Source of the DNA: Spirochaetes bacterium ADurb.Bin218
GTDB taxonomy: Bacteria > Spirochaetota > UBA4802 > UBA5550
DNA: 64,000 nucleotides
Assembly (NCBI GenBank): GCA_002069965.1
Contig: MWCI01000010.1
Coordinates: 4,144-68,143 of the forward strand
Direction: 5' to 3'
A program made the translations under genes and the position numbers. Below the pieces are notes generated by a model, which was not told where the DNA came from, searched no databases, and saw only the letters and a list, made by a program, of their open reading frames with translations. This document shows, in pieces, positions 28,208 to 37,637 of the stretch; positions within the stretch are counted from its first letter, which is position 1, and every line of letters starts with the position of its first letter.

Positions 28208-29364
28208 CACTCAAACCTCCTGCTGACCCTTATGACGCTTAAAAAAAACAAAAAGCAAGATAAAACCAAAAGCCCTATGATGCTTTGCCAGAGAAAAGAA
28301 ATACCAATGCCTTTTAAAAAAATCCCACGTATTGCAGACATAAAATAGCGCATTGGATTAACTAAAGTGATAATTCTAAAAAATAGTGGCATAGCATAAA
28401 TTGGGAAAATAAAACCAGAGAGCATAATGGAAGGTATAAAAAACAAAAATGTCGAAAGCATGGCCTGCTGTTGCGTTTGCGATATTGTGGAGATATATAA
28501 ACCAACGCTCAGAGTGCAGAGAATATAAAGAAGACCACAAAATAAAAGCAAAATAAAATTACCATTAAAGGGCACCTTAAACCAGAATATGGCAATTAAG
28601 GAGATTATTATTATATCTAAAAACCCAATAATAGCAAAGGGTATTGTTTTACCAAAAACAAATTCCAGAGGGGTAACTGGAGAAACTATTATCTGTTCAA
28701 TGGTTCCACTTTCTCTTTCTTTAACTACAGCCATAGAGGTCATCATTATTGTTATAAGGGCAATTAAAAGTCCAAGGACTCCCGGTAAAAAAAAATTTCT
28801 ACTTAAAAGTTCTGGATTAAAAAGCGTTCTCTCTTCAACAACTATAGCTCCAGAGCGCAAATAAGTAGATCCCATACTATAGGCTAATCTCCTTAGATTT
28901 CTTTTAAAAAACTCAGCAGAATAATCAAGGGTTATGGCATTGACGTAAGATAAAATCACAGATGCGCGGGCAGAATCACTACCATCAACAAGTATCTGGA
29001 TTTGTGCCGTGGTCCCCTTTTTTAGGAAGGTAGAAAAATTATATGGAATATGAAGAACCATATCAACATCACCTTGATCTAACAAAAGAGAGGCATCCTT
29101 ATGGGAATCTATATCTGCCACATAGAGAAAATATCCGTTAGATGTAAACCTTTCAATCAATCTTCTGCTTTCATAATTTTTGCAGTCATCTCTAACTGCC
29201 ATTTTTATACTTACAACATCTGTGTTTGCAGCATAACCAAAGACAAGCAACATGAGAACAGGAGAGCCAAAGAGAACCATCTTCATCTTTTTATCACGCA
29301 AAATCTGTCTGAATTCTTTTATAATAAAACTCTTTATCACATTTAATCTTATAAGCCTTTTCAT
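28207..29364 (-). CDS. ABC-2 type transporter permease
   Basis: Polytopic C-terminal half with a large N-terminal periplasmic loop, as in YbhS/YbhR-type permeases. I trimmed the start to MKRLIRLNV (29364), because the track start would overlap the upstream gene. Confidence 0.85.
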   Translation of the reverse strand: MKRLIRLNVIKSFIIKEFRQILRDKKMKMVLFGSPVLMLLVFGYAANTDVVSIKMAVRDDCKNYESRRLIERFTSNGYFLYVADIDSHKDASLLLDQGDVDMVLHIPYNFSTFLKKGTTAQIQILVDGSDSARASVILSYVNAITLDYSAEFFKRNLRRLAYSMGSTYLRSGAIVVEERTLFNPELLSRNFFLPGVLGLLIALITIMMTSMAVVKERESGTIEQIIVSPVTPLEFVFGKTIPFAIIGFLDIIIISLIAIFWFKVPFNGNFILLLFCGLLYILCTLSVGLYISTISQTQQQAMLSTFLFFIPSIMLSGFIFPIYAMPLFFRIITLVNPMRYFMSAIRGIFLKGIGISFLWQSIIGLLVLSCFLFFLSVIRVSRRFE

Positions 29365-29381
29365 AAAAACTTTCACCTGTA

Positions 29382-30533
29382 TCAATTTTCTGGTAATGTG
29401 AGATTGATTTTTTTTACTGCAAGAGTAATGATAATTACGGCATAGATAAAAAGAAAAAGTATCTGCATCCATAAAACAGAGAAACCAACACCCTTAAGAA
29501 CAATACCTTTTATTATAACCATAAGATACCGGGCAGGGACAATGTATGTTATTGCCTTCACCACAGAAGGCATATTATTAATTGGAAATACAAATCCAGA
29601 AAGGATGAAAGATGGAAGATAGGTTGCAACCATTGCAAACTGAACAGAAAGCACCTGTACCCTTGTTGCTGCGGATATAAATATACCAAGACCAGATGTC
29701 CCAATAAGAAATAAGATAGCCATTAAATAAAACTCAACAAAGCTACCTTTAAGGGGAACATTAAAAAGAAAATATCCAACAGATAAGGTAGCCACAACAT
29801 CAAAAAGCCCTATAAAAAGATAAGGAATCATCTTTCCAAAAACTAATTCCCATGGCATCACAGGAGTTGTTATCAAAGTCTCAAAGGTTCCCCTCTCCCA
29901 CTCCCTTGAAATTGTAAGAGAGGCAATAAGGGCAGATATGATTGCAAGTATAATTACAATAAGTCCTGGTATAATAAAATTTTTGCTCTCCAGCTCTGGA
30001 TTATACCAGATCCTGTTTCTTATATCAATAGGTTGTCTCATTTCACTAAAGCCCTGTTTTTTAAGCTCTATGAGCTGAAGCTTTGCATTATATAGCATTG
30101 TAATAGTCTTAACATAACCTGTGGATACTATTGCAGAGGTAGAGTCAGATCCATCTGTAAGCAACTGAACAGTTGCAGAATTGCCGCTTTTAATTTTTTC
30201 TTCAAAATCTATTGGTAGAACTATAGCCATAGCACAAAGACCTGAGTCAATTGCCCTATCAACATCCTTATAGCTTTCTGCATAATCGACTATTTCTATG
30301 TATTCATTATGAGAAAAGTTTTCAATAAACTGCCTTGAACAAAAGCTTTTGCTTTGATCAAAAATTATTGTGCGCACATGCTTTACATCCATAGTCAGTG
30401 CATATCCAAAAAGCAATACCAATCCAGCAGGAGCAATCAAAGAAAGAATAAGGCTTCTCTTATCTCTTTTGATCTGCAACCACTCTTTATCAGCAATAGC
30501 AAGAATTCTTTGAATAAAATCAGGAGTCTTCAT
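29382..30533 (-). CDS. ABC-2 type transporter permease (paralog)
   Basis: Same architecture as the neighbouring permease. Start chosen at MKTPDF. Confidence 0.85.
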   Translation of the reverse strand: MKTPDFIQRILAIADKEWLQIKRDKRSLILSLIAPAGLVLLFGYALTMDVKHVRTIIFDQSKSFCSRQFIENFSHNEYIEIVDYAESYKDVDRAIDSGLCAMAIVLPIDFEEKIKSGNSATVQLLTDGSDSTSAIVSTGYVKTITMLYNAKLQLIELKKQGFSEMRQPIDIRNRIWYNPELESKNFIIPGLIVIILAIISALIASLTISREWERGTFETLITTPVMPWELVFGKMIPYLFIGLFDVVATLSVGYFLFNVPLKGSFVEFYLMAILFLIGTSGLGIFISAATRVQVLSVQFAMVATYLPSFILSGFVFPINNMPSVVKAITYIVPARYLMVIIKGIVLKGVGFSVLWMQILFLFIYAVIIITLAVKKINLTLPEN

Positions 30534-31446
30534 AATCACCACTTAACACTATTGACATAAAACAATTTTCAAGATTTAGCTTCTTTTCGTTTATTTTTAT
30601 TCTTGACTGACCATTCTCAAGTAACATAGCTTTAATGGAAGCCACATCCCTTTTGCTGTCCTCTATAACAACAGATACAAACTGGCCTTCTCTTATTATT
30701 GCCTTATACTTACCTGAATTTTTTAAAAGCGATTCAGTTAAAGCAATATTATCAGAGGTTATCTCAAGGATAGTACCTGTGACAGATCTTTTAATCTCAA
30801 GAGGAGTTCCCATCCTGATAAATTTTCCTTCATGCATTAAAGCAAGCCTATTACATCTCTCTGCCTCGTCAAGATAGGCTGTGCTTACAACAATTGTTAC
30901 CCCCTCTGTAAGGAGGTTATATAATATCTTCCAGAATTCTCTTCTTGACACAGGATCCACTCCGTTGGTTGGCTCATCAAGTAAAAGAAGCGATGGGCTA
31001 TGAACAAGACAACAGGCAAGTCCAAGCTTTTGCTTCATGCCTCCAGAGAGCTTCCCTGCAAGCCTATCCTTAAAAGGACCAAGCCTGCTAAATTCATAAA
31101 GCCCTGGAATCTTTATTTCAATTTCCTTCGAAGATAGTCCAAAGAGTTTTCCAAAAAAAAATATATTTTCCTCAACAGTTAAATCCTCATAAAGCCCAAA
31201 CCTCTGGGGCATATAGGCCAGCATCTTTTTTATTCTCTGCATATTTGAGGCAACATCAATGCCATCAATAATTATCGATCCATCAGAGGGTTTCATAATC
31301 CCTGCAATCATGCGAAGCAAAGTGCTCTTCCCAGCTCCATCAGGCCCAACTATACCAAAAATCTCCCCTCTATTTACTGAAAAGCTAAGTGACCTAACAG
31401 CCTCCAGATCTTTAAATTTCTTTGAGAGGTTAGTAATCTCTATCAC
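30520..31446 (-). CDS. ABC transporter ATP-binding protein (first ATPase)
   Basis: GPDGAGKST, LSGGMKQKL, LLLLDEPTNGVD. ATGA overlap with the hlyD-like gene. Confidence 0.9.
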   Translation of the reverse strand: MIEITNLSKKFKDLEAVRSLSFSVNRGEIFGIVGPDGAGKSTLLRMIAGIMKPSDGSIIIDGIDVASNMQRIKKMLAYMPQRFGLYEDLTVEENIFFFGKLFGLSSKEIEIKIPGLYEFSRLGPFKDRLAGKLSGGMKQKLGLACCLVHSPSLLLLDEPTNGVDPVSRREFWKILYNLLTEGVTIVVSTAYLDEAERCNRLALMHEGKFIRMGTPLEIKRSVTGTILEITSDNIALTESLLKNSGKYKAIIREGQFVSVVIEDSKRDVASIKAMLLENGQSRIKINEKKLNLENCFMSIVLSGDYEDS

Positions 31447-32249
31447 CTTGCATCCTCAGCAATAATAATCTCTGCATCAGCAGGCATACCAGGCTTTAAA
31501 ATCATCTCATCATTTTTGACTGCCACCTTAACAGCAAATACCAGCTTAACTCTCTCATCCTTCGTCTGAATAGTTTTTGGAGTAAACTCAGCCTTATTGG
31601 ATATAGAAACAACAGTGCCATCAAAAAATTTATTGGGATAGGAATCAATGGTAACCTTAGCCTTCTGACCAATTTTAACTCTGCCGAGTTCCCTTTCATT
31701 AACATAGATATAGATCCATGGTTTTGATAAATCCCCCACTGTCATTATCACTGATCCAGGAAAAGCCATTTCCCCCTGCTCAAGAATGTTTTCTAAAACG
31801 ACACCATCAATTGGAGAATAAAGGAGAGCATAATCAATTGTGGCATCAATATTATCCATAGCAGCTCTGGCCATCTTATAAGCAGCCTCCGCATTATCCA
31901 GATCCTTTCTGGAAACAGAACCGCTTCTATAGAGATCACTTATTCGCTTAAAATTTTTCTCAGCATTTTTTAAATTAGCAAGAGCAGAAAGCCTCTGAGC
32001 AAAAAGCTCATCGTGCTGTAGCCTTGCAAGGAGATCTCCTTTCTTTACATGAGAGCCCTCAGGTTTTGTAATTTCCACAATTCGACCAGAGATCTTTGAG
32101 CTTATGTCAATTTCAGTTACCTCAATAGTTCCACTTCCAGAAATTGAGCTATCACCGGACTTTTTCCATCTAAAAACATCAAAATATATAGTAGCAACCA
32201 ACACCAGTGCTATTATAAAGATAGGCAAAAAAATCTTTCTAATCTTCAT
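31443..32249 (-). CDS. HlyD-family periplasmic adaptor (membrane fusion protein)
   Basis: N-terminal TM anchor, coiled-coil and barrel-sandwich segments. I chose the start at MKIRKIF (32249) because of a GGGAGAGG RBS. Confidence 0.85.
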   Translation of the reverse strand: MKIRKIFLPIFIIALVLVATIYFDVFRWKKSGDSSISGSGTIEVTEIDISSKISGRIVEITKPEGSHVKKGDLLARLQHDELFAQRLSALANLKNAEKNFKRISDLYRSGSVSRKDLDNAEAAYKMARAAMDNIDATIDYALLYSPIDGVVLENILEQGEMAFPGSVIMTVGDLSKPWIYIYVNERELGRVKIGQKAKVTIDSYPNKFFDGTVVSISNKAEFTPKTIQTKDERVKLVFAVKVAVKNDEMILKPGMPADAEIIIAEDAR

Positions 32250-33636
32250 AAACCTCTCCCAGAATAATATTTTCATCTTCAACCCCACTATCTCTCTTTA
32301 ACTCAGCAAGTGCAACATAATAAGAATAAAGAGCATTAATATAAAGAGTCCGAGCCTTTGTTAAAGAGAGTTCAGCAGCAAGGAGATCAGAATTCTTAAT
32401 TACACCTTCTTTGTAGCTCTCACGGGCAATTCTAAGTCCTTCTTGAGCTGTTTTTACATTTTCCTTTTGGGATTGAATTGTAAGATATGCAGCAATGAGT
32501 TTTGAATAAGAGGAATTTATGCTTACAGCAATGGCACGTTTAAATTTCTCCAGTTCTTCCTTTGCCTGGTTAATCTTTATACTCTCTTCACGCTCCAGAG
32601 ATCTCACAGTGTCTGTAGGAAAAAGAGATCCCCATCTATAAGAGGCAGAAAATCTCACCTGCCAGTTCCTCTGCCATTCCTCTTTTCCTGTAACAGAAGA
32701 AAGATCAGGAGTCATTGTTCCAAAGGGCGTGGTAATTGATGAGTCTATTTCATTGGGGTATGGCTTTGAGATGCCATAATACCCTCCAAGAAAAAAGCTT
32801 GGCCAGATATAGTAAGAGGAATAGACTTCCTTTAAATGTGTGGCTACCTCTATCTTTTTTCGGAGTTGTTCCACCTCTGGTCTACTTTTTATAGCCAGTG
32901 AAATCAGCTGATCAATTTTTTTATCCATATTCTTTAATGGCACTTTTTTAACATCCATCTCTAAGATATCACCTCTGGCAGCATATTTGTTTTCCTCTGA
33001 CCCAAGGACATAGTTAAAATGCTCAATTGCTACACGGTTTTTGCTTTCTGCTGAAAAAATCTCTGGCTCATGATTGAGGAGCTGAACCTGAGCTTGAAGC
33101 AACTCAAATTTTGGCACAGATCCCAATTTATACATATTCTCAACATCCTTGAGATTTATCCCCAGAAGCACAGCAGACTCTCGGTGAAGCTTAATTAACT
33201 CCTCTGTCAAAAGCAGATCAAAGTAAGATTGAATAACAACAAAAGAAATCTCAGAGCGGATTCTTCGAACATCCTCTTTTGATATAATATAACTCTTTTC
33301 AGCAGCCTGCAGTGAATTATAAAAAACTCCAGGATTTATTCCAAATTTAAGTTGCACAAACTTTATAGAGTCCTCTCCATCGGACAGGCTAAGAAATCCA
33401 CTTTCTCCATATTGCCTTGTAATAGATGCTTCTGATTCTACAACAGGCATAAGCTCACTCCAGACCTTGCTAACCCTCTCCTTTGACTCCTTTTCTTTTA
33501 AAGCTGCAATTTTATAATCATGATTGTTCTCAAGTCCAATTTTAAGGGCCTCATCAAGGGAAAGATATAGGGGATCTGCAAAAGCTGTTTTAGAGAATAA
33601 AAACATCAGAATATAGAATAAAAAAATTCTTTTCAT
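32239..33636 (-). CDS. TolC-family outer-membrane efflux protein
   Basis: 465 aa with a signal peptide and a two-fold repeat of long helical segments typical of the OEP family. ATGA overlap with tetR. Confidence 0.85.
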   Translation of the reverse strand: MKRIFLFYILMFLFSKTAFADPLYLSLDEALKIGLENNHDYKIAALKEKESKERVSKVWSELMPVVESEASITRQYGESGFLSLSDGEDSIKFVQLKFGINPGVFYNSLQAAEKSYIISKEDVRRIRSEISFVVIQSYFDLLLTEELIKLHRESAVLLGINLKDVENMYKLGSVPKFELLQAQVQLLNHEPEIFSAESKNRVAIEHFNYVLGSEENKYAARGDILEMDVKKVPLKNMDKKIDQLISLAIKSRPEVEQLRKKIEVATHLKEVYSSYYIWPSFFLGGYYGISKPYPNEIDSSITTPFGTMTPDLSSVTGKEEWQRNWQVRFSASYRWGSLFPTDTVRSLEREESIKINQAKEELEKFKRAIAVSINSSYSKLIAAYLTIQSQKENVKTAQEGLRIARESYKEGVIKNSDLLAAELSLTKARTLYINALYSYYVALAELKRDSGVEDENIILGEVYED

Positions 33637-34265
33637 AAAGAGGCCTCCTTTTTTTCAATACCTTGCTTTATTATGCTTAACATATTGCTCTTAAAAGCCT
33701 CAATGTAATTATCTTTAAAAATAATATCACTCAAGGGAGAATCCTCCAGAGGAATTCTTATGATATTAAAAAAGACAATACTGCCTATAATCTGAATTTG
33801 AGTCAAATAAGGGTTTAGTTCTCTTATTCTACCACTGGCAATCTCTGCCTTAAAAATAGATTCCACAAGAGTCATAACTGGAACAATAACAGTTGGCAAA
33901 ACAATCTTTTTAAAGAAACTTCCTCCACTGGCAAGCTCCCTCATCATGATACGAAGATACCTTCTATCAATAACAGAGACAATATCAATATAACGTTCTA
34001 TTAGTAAGTAGAACTTATCCAAAGGATCACCATCAACATTAGATGCTAACTCTATAATTGAAGATTGAATAATACTTGCGATATTTTTCACTATTGTCTC
34101 ATATAAATTTTCCTTACTCCCAAAGTAATAATAAATCATTGCTTTATTAACTCCACTTCTTGATGCAATATTGTCCACCCTTGCACCGTCAAAGCCATAG
34201 TCAGCAAATTCATCCAATGCACCATTGAGTATTTTATCCTCTGTTGTAGCTTCACTTCTGGACAT
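33633..34265 (-). CDS. TetR/AcrR-family transcriptional regulator
   Basis: N-terminal HTH NIASRSGVNKAMIYYYFGSKENLY. First gene of the exporter operon. Confidence 0.9.
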   Translation of the reverse strand: MSRSEATTEDKILNGALDEFADYGFDGARVDNIASRSGVNKAMIYYYFGSKENLYETIVKNIASIIQSSIIELASNVDGDPLDKFYLLIERYIDIVSVIDRRYLRIMMRELASGGSFFKKIVLPTVIVPVMTLVESIFKAEIASGRIRELNPYLTQIQIIGSIVFFNIIRIPLEDSPLSDIIFKDNYIEAFKSNMLSIIKQGIEKKEASL

Positions 34266-34422
34266 TCAAACCTCTTTATTCAACTAAAAAGTAAGTTAAA
34301 CCAACCATTTAGTTAAATAACAAAAAAGTCAACCTTTTTATAAAAATAAATAGCAAAAATAATTGTCTTTTGATGGCTTTATTTTTCCATGACATATTGA
34401 GATTAAAATATCGAGTAAAATC

Positions 34423-34986
34423 ATGAAAAAAATTTGTGTCTTTTGCGGATCAAGCACAGGGAATAATTCAATATATAGGGAAACAGCAAAAAATCTTGGC
34501 ACAGCACTTGCACTCAACAATGTGGGACTTGTCTATGGTGGAGGAGACGTTGGCCTCATGGGAATTCTTGCAAGAGCTGTAATGGATAACGGAGGACATG
34601 TTACAGGTATAATACCTGAGCTTCTGTATAAAAAAGTACCTCATACTCACATAACAGAGCTCTTTGTAGTAAAAGACATGCACGAGCGTAAATCCATGAT
34701 GTATAGATTATCCGATGGATTTATATGCCTACCAGGGGGAATTGGTTCCCTTGAGGAACTTATGGAGGTATTTACATGGGTTCAACTGGGATACCTTCAA
34801 AAACCTGTATGCATATTAAATATAAATGACTATTATTCACCTCTTCTTATGCAGTTTGACCATATGATAAAAGAGGGCTTTCTAAAAGAAGGTCATCACA
34901 AAAATTTAATTATAAAAAATAATATAGATAATATACTAACAGAAATGTTTTGCCATAAAACAGCTTATGAAGATAAATGGGAGTGA
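34423..34986 (+). CDS. LOG-family protein (TIGR00730; cytokinin riboside 5'-monophosphate phosphoribohydrolase-like)
   Basis: VYGGGDVGLMG and PGGIGSLEE motifs. Confidence 0.9.
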   Translation: MKKICVFCGSSTGNNSIYRETAKNLGTALALNNVGLVYGGGDVGLMGILARAVMDNGGHVTGIIPELLYKKVPHTHITELFVVKDMHERKSMMYRLSDGFICLPGGIGSLEELMEVFTWVQLGYLQKPVCILNINDYYSPLLMQFDHMIKEGFLKEGHHKNLIIKNNIDNILTEMFCHKTAYEDKWE

Positions 34987-34987
34987 T

Positions 34988-35854
34988 ATGGATAAAGAAA
35001 CAGAACTTCTTATAAGTGAGGGGATATTATCTCTTTGTGCAGAGCCTTCAAAAATCCCTGCAAAATCAATAATAAGGAGAATATCTGACACAAAAAATCA
35101 ACAGGGATTTTTTACAGGAATAGATAATCAGGGCGGGCTCATTGTAATAAATGTAATTGATATAGCAACATCAAGTTATATTGCAGATGCAGGTATAATC
35201 AGACCAGAGGGAAAGGATAAGATATTTTTCTTTACTTCTAACTTTTCCACAAGCCCAAAGGCAAATGTTGCCATGGAGATATTGCAACAATGGCCACTAT
35301 ATATCAAGCACAAAGAATGGCAAAAAGCGATGGAAGAATTTATGAAGATATCCTTTTCGCCAGAATATATTCTATTCCTCAAAAGAGAAGACTCCCTTGA
35401 CACCCTATTTATACCAATGCAGCAAAAGCTCAACATTGGAAGATTTAAAAAAACTGTAAATCCTGAAGCCTTATGTAAACAAAAATTCAAAGAACACCTT
35501 ATGGCACTCAAGCCAGGAGAACATCTTACATACATAGCCCTAATCCCTGCAACATCGTCTTACGATCCCAAGTTCTATTCTATTGGAACAAAACCCCATG
35601 AGGAGACTCATATATCTTTAAAAAGCGAGCTCTTTAACTTTAAGCCAACTCACGGTGGACATATAAAGGCGGAGAAGCAGGAATCAGGCATTGTATATTA
35701 TGTTGATGCTGGTTCCAATTACATAGGTAAAGGCACAAAGACAAAGCTTGAAACAGCAGAGGCAGTTGTTAAGGCATTAAAAAGAGAATTCAGTGGATTT
35801 AAATTTATACCTCTGGAAGGTAGAAGTGCCTTTGGGACAGAGCAAAGCTACTAA
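34988..35854 (+). CDS. Hypothetical 288-aa protein, coupled to the LOG gene
   Basis: ATG lies 1 nt after the LOG stop (TGAtATG). Soluble, no family recognised. Confidence 0.65.
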   Translation: MDKETELLISEGILSLCAEPSKIPAKSIIRRISDTKNQQGFFTGIDNQGGLIVINVIDIATSSYIADAGIIRPEGKDKIFFFTSNFSTSPKANVAMEILQQWPLYIKHKEWQKAMEEFMKISFSPEYILFLKREDSLDTLFIPMQQKLNIGRFKKTVNPEALCKQKFKEHLMALKPGEHLTYIALIPATSSYDPKFYSIGTKPHEETHISLKSELFNFKPTHGGHIKAEKQESGIVYYVDAGSNYIGKGTKTKLETAEAVVKALKREFSGFKFIPLEGRSAFGTEQSY

Positions 35855-35866
35855 GGAGAATTTATC

Positions 35867-36748
35867 ATGGACATGACATCACGCATATACTGTGAAAAAC
35901 TAAAGCTAAGAGCATACACAGTTATAACACTTGATACAGCAAGAGAGATTACATCAATTCATCAAACAACCCCAAATGCAACAGTTGCACTTGGCAGAAG
36001 CATAACCGCAGCAGCTCTACTGGCTGCAACTCTCAAGCCAGAGACAAATCAAAGCGTGCTCATTAAATTTTCAGGAGACGGACCAATAAAAGAAGTTCAT
36101 GTCCAGGCTGATGCCTTTGGTAATGTCCGCGGATATGTAGCAAATCCCTCTGTTGACATAACACATCCAATGGATCGGATCAGCTTTTCAAAAAGCATTG
36201 GAGCTGGACTTTTGACTGTAATTAGAGATATTGGCATGAAAGAACCTTACAGCAGCGTAACCCCTCTTTTGTATGGAGAGATTGCAAGCGATCTTGCATA
36301 TTACCTTGTGTCGTCAGAACAGATCCCCTCTGCAGTTATAATAGGACTTAATCTGGATAAAGAAGGAATAATCTCATCATCAGGGGGAATACTAATTCAA
36401 ACATTTCCTGATACAGAAGAAAGCGTAATCGAAATGGTGGAACAAAAAATTAAGGAAATGAAAAAACCTCTTGGGGATAGGTTGGGAGAGGGAGAAAATA
36501 TTTACCAGATAGTTCAAGAGTTATTTGATGGCAATCATATAGAAATTTTAAGCGCCACACCAGTTAGACATCAATGCAGGTGCAATCACCAATCAACTTT
36601 ACAACTGTTAAAGGTTTTCAGCACCTCTGAGTTATCGGAGTTACAAGCAGAAGGAGGAGCAAAAGTAACCTGCACCTTTTGCAAAAAGGAATATCAATTC
36701 ACCCCTGATGAAATAGAGACCATAAAAAACAGACATAAGGGGGATTAG
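35867..36748 (+). CDS. hslO: Hsp33 redox-regulated chaperone
   Basis: 293 aa. C-terminal zinc motif CRCNHQ ... CTFCKKEY. AGGAG RBS. Confidence 0.9.
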   Translation: MDMTSRIYCEKLKLRAYTVITLDTAREITSIHQTTPNATVALGRSITAAALLAATLKPETNQSVLIKFSGDGPIKEVHVQADAFGNVRGYVANPSVDITHPMDRISFSKSIGAGLLTVIRDIGMKEPYSSVTPLLYGEIASDLAYYLVSSEQIPSAVIIGLNLDKEGIISSSGGILIQTFPDTEESVIEMVEQKIKEMKKPLGDRLGEGENIYQIVQELFDGNHIEILSATPVRHQCRCNHQSTLQLLKVFSTSELSELQAEGGAKVTCTFCKKEYQFTPDEIETIKNRHKGD

Positions 36749-36758
36749 CCTCCAGGCA

Positions 36759-37538
36759 TCAATTTTCGTTTATTCTATAAAGAGAAAGGGTTTTACCATT
36801 TTCAGCTATTTTAAAGACAATGCCATTTATTCCGGGATTTTCTGTTGCAGGCTCAAACTTTACCCGTGTCTGAGATAGAAAGAACTTAACAGATCTTTCT
36901 TTATTCATGCCTATAACGCTATCCATGGCTCCAGTCATACCTATGTCTGATATATATCCTGTGCCATTGTGTAAAATTCTCTCATCAGCTGTTTGAACAT
37001 GAGTATGAGTGCCAAAAACAGCAGAGGCTCTTCCATCGACATACCATGCAAAGGCCTGCTTTTCTGATGTTGTTTCTCCATGAAAATCTACGATTATGAT
37101 ATTTGCCCTGTCTTTTACCTCCTTATAAATCTCATCAAATTTTCTAAAGGGGCAATCAAGGGGATTCATCAAAACTCTTCCCATGAGATTTATAATACAG
37201 AGATTAATTCCCTTGAAGTTAGACATAGTAAAACCCCTTCCTGGAGTATCCGGGGGATAGTTAGCAGGTCTGAGCAAATTGGGCTCTGTATCTATGATCT
37301 GCATAATCTCCGCACTACCCCATATATGATTCCCAGAGGTTATTACATTTACTCCAACAGAAAAAATCTCCCTTGCAACATCTGGAGTTAAGGAAAGTCC
37401 ACCTGCTGCATTTTCACCATTTGCTATCACAAAATCAATCTTCTCTCGCTCAATAATAGTATTGAGCTTATTGGCAAGAATCTTTCTACCAGCCTTGCCA
37501 ACTATATCTCCTATTGCCAGAACTTTAATTTCTCTCAT
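36759..37538 (-). CDS. ymdB: YmdB-like metallophosphoesterase (TIGR00282; 2',3'-cyclic-nucleotide phosphodiesterase family)
   Basis: VLAIGDIVGKAGR, GENAAGG, DFHGETTSEK and GTHTHVQTADE motifs. Downstream of rny, as in many genomes. Confidence 0.9.
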   Translation of the reverse strand: MREIKVLAIGDIVGKAGRKILANKLNTIIEREKIDFVIANGENAAGGLSLTPDVAREIFSVGVNVITSGNHIWGSAEIMQIIDTEPNLLRPANYPPDTPGRGFTMSNFKGINLCIINLMGRVLMNPLDCPFRKFDEIYKEVKDRANIIIVDFHGETTSEKQAFAWYVDGRASAVFGTHTHVQTADERILHNGTGYISDIGMTGAMDSVIGMNKERSVKFFLSQTRVKFEPATENPGINGIVFKIAENGKTLSLYRINEN

Positions 37539-37583
37539 GATATTAAATTTATTTTTAGTCCCCTAATTGTCCATAACTTTTTA

Positions 37584-37614
37584 AAAATAAAAAAGGCTGG
37601 CCTACACCAGCCTT
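37584..37614 (-). terminator. Rho-independent terminator between rny and ymdB
   Basis: On the minus strand, aaggctgg-tgtagg-ccagcctt is followed by ttttttatttttaaaaa. The hairpin starts 24 nt after the rny stop. Confidence 0.6.
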
Positions 37615-37637
37615 AAGCTCTAAAGCATTGCAACTAT

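Noticed and set aside
34497-34512. Perfect sigma54-type -24/-12 element TGGCAC-N5-TTGCA on the plus strand
   Set aside because: It lies 75 nt inside the LOG coding sequence and encodes the conserved LGTALAL segment, so protein constraints explain it. No gene start lies downstream at a sensible distance. It would be worth revisiting only if a TSS maps near 34524.
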